From the NCBI GenBank assembly GCA_964645795.1, contig CAZYCL010000007.1:26896-90895 (forward strand): a stretch of DNA of 64,000 bases. Reading direction: 5' to 3'. The first letter of the stretch is position 1. Each line of letters opens with the position of its first letter. Below are positions 40,619 to 49,640 of this stretch, in pieces. Below the pieces are notes generated by a model that worked only from the letters and a program-made list of their open reading frames with translations, had not been told where the DNA came from and made no database searches. A program made the position numbers and the translations under genes. The DNA is from an uncultured Planctomycetales bacterium. Lineage in GTDB: Bacteria; Omnitrophota; Gorgyraeia; Gygaellales; Profunditerraquicolaceae.

Positions 40619-42349
40619 TTAAACGCCTCTTTTAGTCAGGGCGCCGAACTTGCATGCCTGGGTACAAAGGTTACAACCTGAACAGACCGAGCTGTCGATC
40701 TCTATGTAGCCATCCGCATCCTTGCGCAAGGCCGGGCAATCCATGGTTAAGCAGAGGTAGCATTTTTTGCAGGCATCCCTGGAAAAAACCGGCTGGGGGT
40801 CCCTCTTTCTCTTAATCAACTGGCAAGGGGCCCTGGCAATGATCACCGAAAGCCGGCCTTCACCGATACGCTTAATCACCGTCTCTTCAAGGGTCTTAAA
40901 ATCATATGGATCTACTACATCTACCGTATCCGCACCGCAAGCAAGGCAAAGGCTCTTAAGGTCTAGCTTCTGGGTCTGTTCGCCCCTGATCGTAAGCCCT
41001 ACGCCGGGATGCGGCTGGCTCCCGGTCATGGCAGTAGTGCCGTTATCGAGTATGAAAAGTAACCCCTTAGTCTTATTGTATGCCAGGTTTATCAGTCCGG
41101 CTATGCCGGTATGGATGAAGGTCGAGTCACCGATAACCCCGACCACGCCTTTACCAAGCACCTTGTTAAACCCTTCCAGAAAAGTCACGCCTGCCCCCAT
41201 GCACAAACATGTATGCAAGCTGCTTAACGGAGGCAGCGCGCCAAGCGTATAACAGCCGATATCTCCGGTTACTACGAGCTTAAGCTTCTTTAAGACCCAG
41301 AATACCATGCGGTGGGTGCAGCCGGTACACATCACGGGCTTGCGCGTGGGCAGGGCCTCTTCCTTCTTCTTTGAGCCCTTGACGATCAGGGGAACCATTT
41401 CCGGCCGCAGCTCTCCTACCCTAAAAGATGCGTCTTTTGACTTGAACTTTATCCCCAGCATGCGCAAATGTTCCTCTATGAAAGGCTCAAGCTCCTCCAG
41501 GCAGTACAACTGCCTGACTTGCCTGGCAAAACCAAGAACCTTTTTGTCCGGAAACGGAAAACTCATGCCGAGATTTAAAAAAGAAGCATCGGGATAACAC
41601 TCCCTGGCATACAAATAGGCTGCGGAGTTCGTAATAAAACCGATCTTGGCGCTTTTTAGCTCGACCTTATTCAAGGCAGAGGCCTCCGCATATTCCTTGA
41701 GCCTTATCAGGCGCTTTTCCAGTTCGATGTGGCGCAGGTAGGCGTTACGCGGCACCATCACGTATTTCTTGGGATCGAGCTTGAACTCTTTTGGCGGCTG
41801 CTTGTTCCGCTGGAGCTTGAAAAGATTCTCCTTGGTATGGGCAATGCGGGTAGTAAGGCGCACCAGCACCGGGGTATCAAATCGTTCGCTTATATCGAAG
41901 GCGGTCTTGACAAACTCCTGCGCCTGGCGGGGGCTGGATGGCTCGAGCAGGGGGATTTTCGCGGCTTTGGCAAGTAGCCGGTTGTCCTGCTCGTTCTGGG
42001 AAGAGTGTATGCCGGGATCATCGCAACTTACGATAACAAAGCCGGCATTCACCCCGATATAAGCCGAAGTCATCAGGGGATCCATGGCCACGTTAAGCCC
42101 TACGTGCTTTGAGGCATAGAGCGAGCGCAGACCCGCAATTGCAGAGCTTAAAGCCACCTCAAAAGCGACTTTTTCGTTTACCGACCACTGGACATCGACT
42201 TCTTTGAGGCCCGATAAATACTCCAGGATCTCCGAGGCAGGGGTACCAGGATAAGAGGCGGCAACCTTTAAGCCCGCTTCAAAAGCCCCTTGTGCCAGGG
42301 CTTGGTCACCGGACAAAAAAGCTGCCGCCCGAACGGATGGTTGCGACAT
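40619..42349 (-). CDS. iorA: indolepyruvate:ferredoxin oxidoreductase subunit alpha
   Basis: 576 aa with a TPP-binding region (GDSTFIHTG) and a C-terminal double 4Fe-4S ferredoxin motif (CKKCYLCLTMDCP ... CSGCNLCTQAC). Confidence 0.9.
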   Translation of the reverse strand: MSQPSVRAAAFLSGDQALAQGAFEAGLKVAASYPGTPASEILEYLSGLKEVDVQWSVNEKVAFEVALSSAIAGLRSLYASKHVGLNVAMDPLMTSAYIGVNAGFVIVSCDDPGIHSSQNEQDNRLLAKAAKIPLLEPSSPRQAQEFVKTAFDISERFDTPVLVRLTTRIAHTKENLFKLQRNKQPPKEFKLDPKKYVMVPRNAYLRHIELEKRLIRLKEYAEASALNKVELKSAKIGFITNSAAYLYARECYPDASFLNLGMSFPFPDKKVLGFARQVRQLYCLEELEPFIEEHLRMLGIKFKSKDASFRVGELRPEMVPLIVKGSKKKEEALPTRKPVMCTGCTHRMVFWVLKKLKLVVTGDIGCYTLGALPPLSSLHTCLCMGAGVTFLEGFNKVLGKGVVGVIGDSTFIHTGIAGLINLAYNKTKGLLFILDNGTTAMTGSQPHPGVGLTIRGEQTQKLDLKSLCLACGADTVDVVDPYDFKTLEETVIKRIGEGRLSVIIARAPCQLIKRKRDPQPVFSRDACKKCYLCLTMDCPALRKDADGYIEIDSSVCSGCNLCTQACKFGALTKRGV

Positions 42350-42383
42350 ACAACAATTTTAACAAAAATCCCAGACTTTACTA

Positions 42384-43781
42384 CTAAAACTTTATCTCCA
42401 GCTGCGACCTTATGAACATTGCCCTGTCCCGGTCTACGTACATATCGCCGGGGAAAAGGTACTCAAGCAGGACATAAGTGGAGACGTTTTTGTTGAAAGC
42501 ATAATCAAACTTTCCCTGCACCAGATGCCCTCTGGACTTATCGTCACCCGTAAATATGGCGCTGGCCGGAACGGTCTCGACTGCGCGCATGTAATTATAC
42601 CAGAAGGAAAGCTTGGATTTTTCGGTCGGCTGCAGGACCAGGCTTGTCCTTACGGCGCCTAAGTTTGTCCAATAGCAAAGTATCCCTGTTTCGCTGGCCA
42701 TACTCAAGGAATAAAGCTCCGATATGAAGGGGTAGCGGGAGAATAGAGGGTCCCATCCTTCATTGGTAGTCGTCCCCGGATTGTTGCCCGAAAGGTGGAT
42801 ATAGCCGATGCTTGCCTTGGGCTTGAACTTCGTATCGGGGAAATCCTTGTCGAAATAAGTATAGCCGCCGATAGCGCTCCTGGTCTCCTCGTCATAGGTG
42901 CCAAACTGGCCGGCAAGCTGGGAACGCAGGGCCCAGGTACCCATCTTGTATTTGGCATAAGCGCCCATGGTGTTGATGGTGCTGCCCAGCGCCTGATAAC
43001 CTGTGCCGCCTTCGTTGTCCTCTTTTTTCAAAATATAGTAGCTTTCCAGATTAAGGTCCTTGACAAGACCCTTGTTCTTCCAGTAAAGCACGTAAGCTTC
43101 TTCATCCGTAGTATTCAGTGACTGACGGGCCTTATCCAAACCGGGATTAGTATAGACGACTAAATTCGTAGGATTGATTATCGGCAGTATATCGTCGGTG
43201 CGCGGGTTGTTGATATAAAGGAAATCGAGCGTGTTTTCGTCATCAACCGCCCAGCTGGCCTTTACGGCATTGAAGTAGAAAGTCCGGGAGCCGTCATTGG
43301 GGGTGCCGTCATTAAAGAGGAAATCTTCTCCATACTGGCCCATGAGGTCCTGGCGACCTACGCGTAGATCCACCGGCGCATTAAGCACCTTCTTGATATC
43401 GGCGTAGAGGTTATCAAAAACCACCTCATTGATATCAAAGTGGTAGCCCTTTTTCATTATGGTCTTGTCGGTGGTAGTGCCGCCGTAATAAGGGTAAGCG
43501 CGGAATTCGTTAGTGAGCTTACCGTAAAGGCTTAAGTAATCGGTAAAATCAGCCTTACCCCATATGGAGGTCTTGATCCTGAAGAAGTTGCGGTTGTCCT
43601 TGGTGGCATTGTTCATGTCCCGCCAGTTCTTCCAGTACTCATGCCTTATCCTCTCATAGAAGCCGCCTTTAAGCTTTAAGCCGCCATCTTTTGACTCTGC
43701 CTCGCCGCCTCCGGCAAAAGCCGAAGAGCCGAAGAACACCACAGTCCCCATGGCTAACAACAGTATCTTCCTATAACTCAT
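42384..43781 (-). CDS. putative outer-membrane beta-barrel protein
   Basis: 465 aa with a signal peptide, alternating amphipathic beta-strand pattern rich in Y/G/N, and a C-terminal ...LEIKF aromatic terminus typical of OMPs. Confidence 0.5.
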   Translation of the reverse strand: MSYRKILLLAMGTVVFFGSSAFAGGGEAESKDGGLKLKGGFYERIRHEYWKNWRDMNNATKDNRNFFRIKTSIWGKADFTDYLSLYGKLTNEFRAYPYYGGTTTDKTIMKKGYHFDINEVVFDNLYADIKKVLNAPVDLRVGRQDLMGQYGEDFLFNDGTPNDGSRTFYFNAVKASWAVDDENTLDFLYINNPRTDDILPIINPTNLVVYTNPGLDKARQSLNTTDEEAYVLYWKNKGLVKDLNLESYYILKKEDNEGGTGYQALGSTINTMGAYAKYKMGTWALRSQLAGQFGTYDEETRSAIGGYTYFDKDFPDTKFKPKASIGYIHLSGNNPGTTTNEGWDPLFSRYPFISELYSLSMASETGILCYWTNLGAVRTSLVLQPTEKSKLSFWYNYMRAVETVPASAIFTGDDKSRGHLVQGKFDYAFNKNVSTYVLLEYLFPGDMYVDRDRAMFIRSQLEIKF

Positions 43782-43806
43782 CCACCCTCCTCCTTTTAAA
43801 TTGGCT

Positions 43807-45420
43807 TTAATTGCTATCGATATGCTTAAAACAACTATCTATATGCTCTTTCGGCAGTTTTTTCGTGAAAAAACTGACAAAGACTGCCGTTAATAAAGAA
43901 ATGGGGAGTATGACCACTATCGGGTCTACCACTACCCACGGGAAGCCTGTCAGGGTCGGTTTATTGAAGATAAATTTGCACAACCCCAGGGCTTCCGCTT
44001 CTTTCTGATGCACAAAAAGCAGCCAGAAGGCGCTTCCAAAGAACCCTACGAACATGCTCGAGATCGCCCCTGCCCTGGTCATGCCTTTCCAGAAAAGAGC
44101 GCCAATATAAGAGGGCAAGAACGTGGTAGCGCAAAGGCCGAAGAATATTGCCGTGGCTACGGCAATGACGCTGCCGGGCAGCTTATACCCTAAAATAACC
44201 GTCACCACTACTCCCAGTATGATCCCCAAGCGCGTAATAAAAACCGTCTTGGTATTTTGTTTGTTCTTGAATATCGCCTTATCGAAGAAATCGCGGCCGA
44301 TCGCCGTACCCATGGCATGGAACTGGGAGCTGGAAGTCGACATCGCCGCGCATAAGAGCGAAAGCATGAAGATATACACGAACCACGTCGGCATAGCGCT
44401 GTTTATATAGAGAGGGATGATCTTGTCGATGTTGCCTCCGGCTGCTGCCAGGGATATCTTGCCAAACGCCGGGTTATTCAGAAAGTAAACATTCGATAAA
44501 GCGCCGACCACAAATGCCACACCGGTCATCATAAGGATGAAGGCCCCTCCCACCGGTACGGCGCGGTTAAGCTCCTTATTGCTTTTTACGGTCATAAAAC
44601 GCACCGCCAGCTGCGGCTGGGTAAGCACGCCGATACCGACACCCATGACGATTGTCGAAACCAGCGTCCACCACAGGCTTGAGCCAAAAACAGGCATGCT
44701 GGCCCAGCCCTGATGACCTAGACCGACAAGATTGGAAGGCACCTTATCGACTATCGCGGCCAGAGACTGATGCGCCACCATTACTCCGCCGAGTTTCGTA
44801 TAACTAAAAACCAGAAGTATAAACATGCCGATGAACATGATCGAGCCCTGCAGGGCATCGGTATACATGACGCCCTTCAAGCCGCCGGCCAAAACATAGG
44901 CGGATATGATCAAGGCGTAGATCAAAAGGGCTACGTTATAATTGATAGTGGCGGAAAATGTCGCTTCGATGAAACGGGCCGCACCTATCAGGACCGCTGC
45001 CGAATAGATCGGCATGAATAAAAATATGACCAGGCCGCAGAAGCCCTGTATCAATACCGAATCGAACCTCCTGCCTAAAAGCTCGGGGAATGTGTGGGCG
45101 TCAAGGCTGTGGCCCATCTTGCGGGTGCGTTTACCGAAGAAGATAAAAGCGATGATGATGCCTACGAAGATATTAAGGAAGGTGAGCCACAAGAGGCCCA
45201 TGCCGAAGAACGCGGCTGCCCCGCCGAAGCCGATGATCGCAGAGGTGCTGATAAAGGTAGCCCCGTAGGAAAGGGCCATGATGAAAGGGTGGATGCTTCT
45301 TCCGGCGACGAGATAATCCAGGGCGTTTTTGGTGCGGCGGTAACCATAATAACCGAGGTACCCTATGATAAAAAGGTAAACCACGATTATGATGGTCAAC
45401 AACAGGATGTTATCCATCAT
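43807..45420 (-). CDS. sodium:solute symporter (SSS) family transporter
   Basis: 537 aa with about 13 TM helices. The N-terminal segment LVAGRSIHPFIMALSYGATFISTSAIIGFGG is typical of SSS/PutP/PanF-like carriers. Confidence 0.85.
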   Translation of the reverse strand: MMDNILLLTIIIVVYLFIIGYLGYYGYRRTKNALDYLVAGRSIHPFIMALSYGATFISTSAIIGFGGAAAFFGMGLLWLTFLNIFVGIIIAFIFFGKRTRKMGHSLDAHTFPELLGRRFDSVLIQGFCGLVIFLFMPIYSAAVLIGAARFIEATFSATINYNVALLIYALIISAYVLAGGLKGVMYTDALQGSIMFIGMFILLVFSYTKLGGVMVAHQSLAAIVDKVPSNLVGLGHQGWASMPVFGSSLWWTLVSTIVMGVGIGVLTQPQLAVRFMTVKSNKELNRAVPVGGAFILMMTGVAFVVGALSNVYFLNNPAFGKISLAAAGGNIDKIIPLYINSAMPTWFVYIFMLSLLCAAMSTSSSQFHAMGTAIGRDFFDKAIFKNKQNTKTVFITRLGIILGVVVTVILGYKLPGSVIAVATAIFFGLCATTFLPSYIGALFWKGMTRAGAISSMFVGFFGSAFWLLFVHQKEAEALGLCKFIFNKPTLTGFPWVVVDPIVVILPISLLTAVFVSFFTKKLPKEHIDSCFKHIDSN

Positions 45421-45435
45421 TCCTCCTTAGCGGTT

Positions 45436-45606
45436 TTACAGGCCTTCCGAGACCTTTTTCTGGTCGTCGACCCATTTCTTATCTTCGGCGTGCACGGGTT
45501 CTTCTCCTTTGTCCCAGTTTATCCAACCGTAAATGACGCAAAAGATAGAACTCAAGATACACAAGAGGTACGCTGACCAGACCTGAGGATCCTTTATTCC
45601 GATCAT
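45436..45606 (-). CDS. small membrane protein (putative symporter accessory subunit)
   Basis: 56-aa ORF MIGIKDPQVWSAYLLCILSSIFCVIYGWINWDKGEEPVHAEDKKWVDDQKKVSEGL, absent from the ORF track because it is under 60 aa. GGAGG lies 5 nt upstream of the ATG; it has one TM helix and ends 16 nt before the symporter start. Confidence 0.4.
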   Translation of the reverse strand: MIGIKDPQVWSAYLLCILSSIFCVIYGWINWDKGEEPVHAEDKKWVDDQKKVSEGL

Positions 45607-45725
45607 CCTTTCCTCCTTTTTGTTCCGATAGCTAAAGAAGAACGAAGATGCCTAAAAAGGCACAACTTAATTAAATATTATATAAATAAGCGGCCAAAAA
45701 AGCAAATAAATTTATTCCTGGCAGG

Positions 45726-47684
45726 CTAAACCTTATCCCCGTCAAAAGGGATCGCATCCTCTGCTTTTGTGACTCTTACGCCATCGCGTTCGCCGGGACC
45801 GGATGCCTTCTTGTCTTCGAGCAGGCCGCCCCTGGCCGCAGAGACATCATCGCTCTTGCCTCCGACTATCTGTTTTAGCTCATAGACTATTGTTTGTAAC
45901 GCTTCTGCCTGGGCGTTCAACTCTTCGGAAGAAGAAGCGGTCTCTTCGGCTGCCGAAGCATTCTGCTGGGTGACTTTATTAAGCTGGTCTACGCCTTTTA
46001 CTATCTGAGAGATGCCTTCCTTCTGCTCCTGACTTAAGGTATTTATCTGCGATACTATCTCCAGGACCTGGCGCGAGTGGTTCACGATGTTATTGAATGT
46101 CTCCACTACTTTCTGGGAGATGGCCGCCCCGTTCTTTACCTTAGAGATATTCTCTTCGATGAGCCTGGTGGTATCTTTAGCCGCCTCCGATGAGCGCTTG
46201 GCAAGGTTGCGCACTTCCTCGGCTACCACCGCAAAACCTTTGCCGTGCTCGCCGGCCCTGGCCGCCTCCACTGCCGCATTCAAAGCCAAGAGGTTGGTCT
46301 GGAAGGCGATCTCCTCTATGGTCTTGATTATCTTGGATATCTTGATACTGGAATTATTGATGTCTTCGGTTGCCACCTGCATCTCGCTGGTGATACTGGA
46401 GCCTTTTTCCGCGGCAGCATGGGCTTCCTGGACAAAACTATTGACCTTGTTGGTGCTTTCAGCCATATTCACGGACTGCGAGCTTATCTGGTTGATGGAA
46501 CCCGCGGTCTGCTCCAGGAATGCCGCCTGTTCGGAGGCATTCTGGGAAAGGTGCTGGCTGGCGGAAGAGGCCTGGCCTGCCGCGGAGCTCGTTTGTTTGG
46601 CCCCATCGATAAGGCTGCGGATTATCTTGTTGATCGGTCCGGTAATAGAACCCGTAACTACAAGGGCAATCAAAATGATCGCTATGCCGCCTATCAAAGC
46701 TATTACCCCGATGATCATACGGATGGCCTTTACCGACTGGAAAGCCTCGTTTACATCCCTTTCGGCGACCAGCGCCCAATCGAGCTTGCCGATCCTTACC
46801 GGCGCATAAGAAGAAAGAACTTTATTACCGAGATAATTCTTTACGATCTTCTGGCCCGAACTACCGGCAAGCGCCTCTTCTACCGGAACCGTATCTATCC
46901 TGCCCTTGGAAGGATCACGAAACGAGGCTTTTACCGAATGCTGCTGCGGATCGATAAAGGAATCCGAGCGCATCAGACGGTCCTTGCCGACAAGATAGGT
47001 CTCTCCGGTCTTTCCCAGGCCCTCGCGTTGGAACATTATTTTATTCAGCTGTTCATCAGAAACCTGCAGCGCGACATAGCCGATATGAGTGCCGGCTTCA
47101 TCGATAAGCTGAGAAAGCAAGAACTGCGCCGGAGCGCCGCCTAATGGCGCATAGGGCGCGAGATCGCTTATCACTACATCGTTTTCCTTAAGCTCCTGGG
47201 CCCCGGCAAAGACCTTGGCAAGCGAAGAGTTGGCTAAAAGCGGGTCAGTCACCTTCTTGCCCAGATCCTCTCTCTTCGTCACCGAATAGACTATATCTCC
47301 TTCATTGAGGATCAGGAGAAGATCGTTCCAGTCAAACTCGTCTTTATACGCCTTGAGTGTGGCTTCGTGCGCACCGACCATGGCTTCCCATACGGGGGTG
47401 AGGACATCGTAGCCTTGAGCGACTATCGAACGCAGGTCTTCGAATGCCTTAATGGTGCTAGCGCTCTTCTTGGCCACGATCAGCTGGCGGGACAGGGTAT
47501 CGTAGTACTGCTGGATCTGCGACTTCTTTACTTCGCGCAGGCTGTCCAGCTGGCCAAACACCTGTTTTGAGATCGCGCCCGAAGTATTATTAAGGGTAAG
47601 AAAACCCAGGATAGCAAAAGGAATTATCCCAACTACAAGAAAAGCTATCAGTAGCTTGGCGTTCAAACGCATACCTGCCAACAT
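45726..47684 (-). CDS. methyl-accepting chemotaxis protein with periplasmic Cache-type sensor
   Basis: 652 aa: TM1, a ~280-aa periplasmic domain, TM2, HAMP, and an MCP signalling domain with the conserved hairpin ([35 protein letters not shown]). Confidence 0.9.
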   Translation of the reverse strand: MLAGMRLNAKLLIAFLVVGIIPFAILGFLTLNNTSGAISKQVFGQLDSLREVKKSQIQQYYDTLSRQLIVAKKSASTIKAFEDLRSIVAQGYDVLTPVWEAMVGAHEATLKAYKDEFDWNDLLLILNEGDIVYSVTKREDLGKKVTDPLLANSSLAKVFAGAQELKENDVVISDLAPYAPLGGAPAQFLLSQLIDEAGTHIGYVALQVSDEQLNKIMFQREGLGKTGETYLVGKDRLMRSDSFIDPQQHSVKASFRDPSKGRIDTVPVEEALAGSSGQKIVKNYLGNKVLSSYAPVRIGKLDWALVAERDVNEAFQSVKAIRMIIGVIALIGGIAIILIALVVTGSITGPINKIIRSLIDGAKQTSSAAGQASSASQHLSQNASEQAAFLEQTAGSINQISSQSVNMAESTNKVNSFVQEAHAAAEKGSSITSEMQVATEDINNSSIKISKIIKTIEEIAFQTNLLALNAAVEAARAGEHGKGFAVVAEEVRNLAKRSSEAAKDTTRLIEENISKVKNGAAISQKVVETFNNIVNHSRQVLEIVSQINTLSQEQKEGISQIVKGVDQLNKVTQQNASAAEETASSSEELNAQAEALQTIVYELKQIVGGKSDDVSAARGGLLEDKKASGPGERDGVRVTKAEDAIPFDGDKV

Positions 47685-47733
47685 AACCCCCTCCTGGCTA
47701 AGAGTATATCCGAATAGTTAGCAAAACAACCTG

Positions 47734-48957
47734 CTAATACAAAGGCTCCAGCTCCACGGGATTCTCTTCCCGGGTCCTGGCCAACTCATCTCCCGGCTTC
47801 TCGGCGATGACCTCGAAAAGATCATACTTATCCTTCATCTGGGAAGACTTCTTGCCTATGCCTACGTAGGTAGGATGTATTCCCTGGTGGTCCCAGTCAC
47901 GCCAATACTCTTCTCCTACCAACAGCGTGAACCTGTGCCCCTCGAGGGCCTTGATAACCGCCACGTGGTCGAAGCTACCGGCGCGTTTTACCGCGTCGGC
48001 ATACTGAAAGATATCGACCCAGGCGGTAGCAGCGGCGTTGCCGGGTTTTTTATTATATGACTTTTCAAATTTATCCACGAACTCCTTTGATCCTTTATAT
48101 TTACTTGCCAGGTTATGGTCCCAGCAGTAAGTGGTGATAACGCCTTCCATGACCTCGGGACCGGCAGCCAGCCCCATGTGCAGCTCCATCAGGGGAACAA
48201 CTATATTCATATCCTTAGACAACCCCATTGAAGAAGCCTGCTTAAGGGAGTTGACCATGTCCGCTCCGAATTGGATCAATACTAACACGGTAGGTTTCTC
48301 GGTCTTGGCTTTCAGGAGCTCGTTTACAAAATTCTTGGAACCCAGCGGAGTGGCGATTTCAAAAGCGGTCTTTGCCCCTGCGGCCTCCAGCTGCTTCTTC
48401 ATGGAGTTAAGCACCGTAATACCCCAGGTATAATTGGCATAGATATATCCGTAGCTGGCGTTCCTGCCAAACCTCTGAAGCAACACCGGTGCAAGGGCCT
48501 TGGCTGATTGATGGGCGTTGTGATACCAGCGGAAGGTGTGCCGGTGGGCGTCTTTTCCGGTAGTATCATCTGAGTGGGTAAGACCGGCCATAAATACTAC
48601 GCCTTTCTCCTGGCAAACCTTGGCAATAGCGACGGCTTCCGAAGAAGCAGAGCCTCCGGTGATCATTACTGCGCCTTGCGCGATAAGGTCGCGCGCGTTC
48701 TTTCCCGCAACATCTGCGTTGGTCTGCGAATCCTTGGTGACGTAAGTCAATTTCTTGCCCAGGACCCCTCCCTTGGCATTGATCTCATCTATGGCAAGCT
48801 TATAGGCCTTCAACTCATCCTCGCCCTGATCTTTATAGGAACCGGAAAGCGGCACGCTTAGACCGATCATCGCCGTATCTTCTGCCTGAAGAACGCAAAA
48901 TTGTCCCAGGCTGAAAATCAGCCCCAAGAGCAAAAAACCCATAAAAAGCTTTTTCAT
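47734..48957 (-). CDS. ABC transporter substrate-binding protein, type-I PBP (branched-chain/amino-acid LivK-like family)
   Basis: 407 aa with a signal peptide and a Leu/Ile/Val-binding-protein-like fold. No permease or ATPase genes are adjacent. Confidence 0.8.
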   Translation of the reverse strand: MKKLFMGFLLLGLIFSLGQFCVLQAEDTAMIGLSVPLSGSYKDQGEDELKAYKLAIDEINAKGGVLGKKLTYVTKDSQTNADVAGKNARDLIAQGAVMITGGSASSEAVAIAKVCQEKGVVFMAGLTHSDDTTGKDAHRHTFRWYHNAHQSAKALAPVLLQRFGRNASYGYIYANYTWGITVLNSMKKQLEAAGAKTAFEIATPLGSKNFVNELLKAKTEKPTVLVLIQFGADMVNSLKQASSMGLSKDMNIVVPLMELHMGLAAGPEVMEGVITTYCWDHNLASKYKGSKEFVDKFEKSYNKKPGNAAATAWVDIFQYADAVKRAGSFDHVAVIKALEGHRFTLLVGEEYWRDWDHQGIHPTYVGIGKKSSQMKDKYDLFEVIAEKPGDELARTREENPVELEPLY

Positions 48958-48974
48958 CTCTCCTCCTCCTTTTA

Positions 48975-49008
48975 AAAGAATGGGCGGCCCACATAAAGTG
49001 GCCGCCCA
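48975..49008 (-). terminator. rho-independent terminator after the MerR-like gene
   Basis: Minus strand reads TGGGCGGCCAC-TTTAT-GTGGGCCGCCCA followed by TTCTTTTAAAA, directly followed by the RBS AGGAGGAGGA of the SBP gene. Confidence 0.55.
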
Positions 49009-49057
49009 TAGACTAAACCTGCGTTTTGCGGTGCGCTATTATCATTTGCTCTTAAGC

Positions 49058-49444
49058 TCATAACCTGCCTAATACAGGCCCGCCGCAGTTGCTCTCTTTG
49101 AATATTACGCAATTGTCCCTTTTTTCCGGAAGACAGCTTTTGATCTCCCAGCACTTCTTCTGGGAAAAAAGAAATTTTATGCTTTTTATATTGAACCCCT
49201 TGTCCCTTAACAGCCTTTTGATAAGTAAAAGCAGTTTCTTATCGCAATCGGAGTAATATCGGTCTTTTCCCAGGCGCACCGGCCTGATCAGCCCCTTCTT
49301 CTCCCACAGACGCAGTGTATTTATGGACACCTTGACTGCCTTGGCGATTGCGCCTATCGGATAAAGCGGCACATCTTCGAGGTTCTTAAGCCTGACCGGC
49401 TGTATCATTTTCATTAAATTAGCATATGATAACATGATTGTCAA
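49058..49444 (-). CDS. MerR-family transcriptional regulator with Cys-rich C-terminal tail
   Basis: 128 aa with a MerR HTH (YPIGAIAKAVKVSINTLRLWEKKGLIRPVRL...RYY) and a C-terminal CX5CX7CX9C cluster (CWEIKSC...C...C). The true start may be an internal Met. Confidence 0.7.
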   Translation of the reverse strand: MTIMLSYANLMKMIQPVRLKNLEDVPLYPIGAIAKAVKVSINTLRLWEKKGLIRPVRLGKDRYYSDCDKKLLLLIKRLLRDKGFNIKSIKFLFSQKKCWEIKSCLPEKRDNCVIFKESNCGGPVLGRL

Positions 49445-49508
49445 GTATCTATTAATGATATTGGCAGATTACCGATTTCGGATACAGTGGAGGTCCTCGT
49501 TATGCTGC

Positions 49509-49576
49509 GGGGACGGTTCTCGATCGAGAACCGTCCCCATATCTGGCTCCGATCGAGACGATCGAGAACCGTCCCC
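49509..49576. promoter_or_regulatory. 30-bp perfect palindrome plus a third half-site in the MerR-like/metG divergent intergenic region
   Basis: GGGGACGGTTCTCGATCGAGAACCGTCCCC lies at 49509-49538, and CGATCGAGAACCGTCCCC recurs at 49559-49576, preceded by GATCGAGA. The element sits 65-130 nt upstream of metG. Confidence 0.5.
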
Positions 49577-49640
49577 GGATCCAGACCGCAAGCCAGAAAT
49601 ATGTAGCCAAAAAAGGCTAATTCAGATACAATAATCCATC

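Noticed and set aside
45612-45725. TGCC-TAAAAA-GGCA hairpin downstream of the MCP gene as a terminator.
   Set aside because: The stem is only 4-6 bp. It is too weak to call confidently, although followed by a T-rich run on the minus strand.
49496-49606. 36-codon ORF with a good RBS spanning the palindrome upstream of metG, as a possible Met-codon leader-peptide attenuator.
   Set aside because: It contains only the initiator Met and one Met at the penultimate position, with no run of regulatory Met codons and no terminator/antiterminator alternative downstream.
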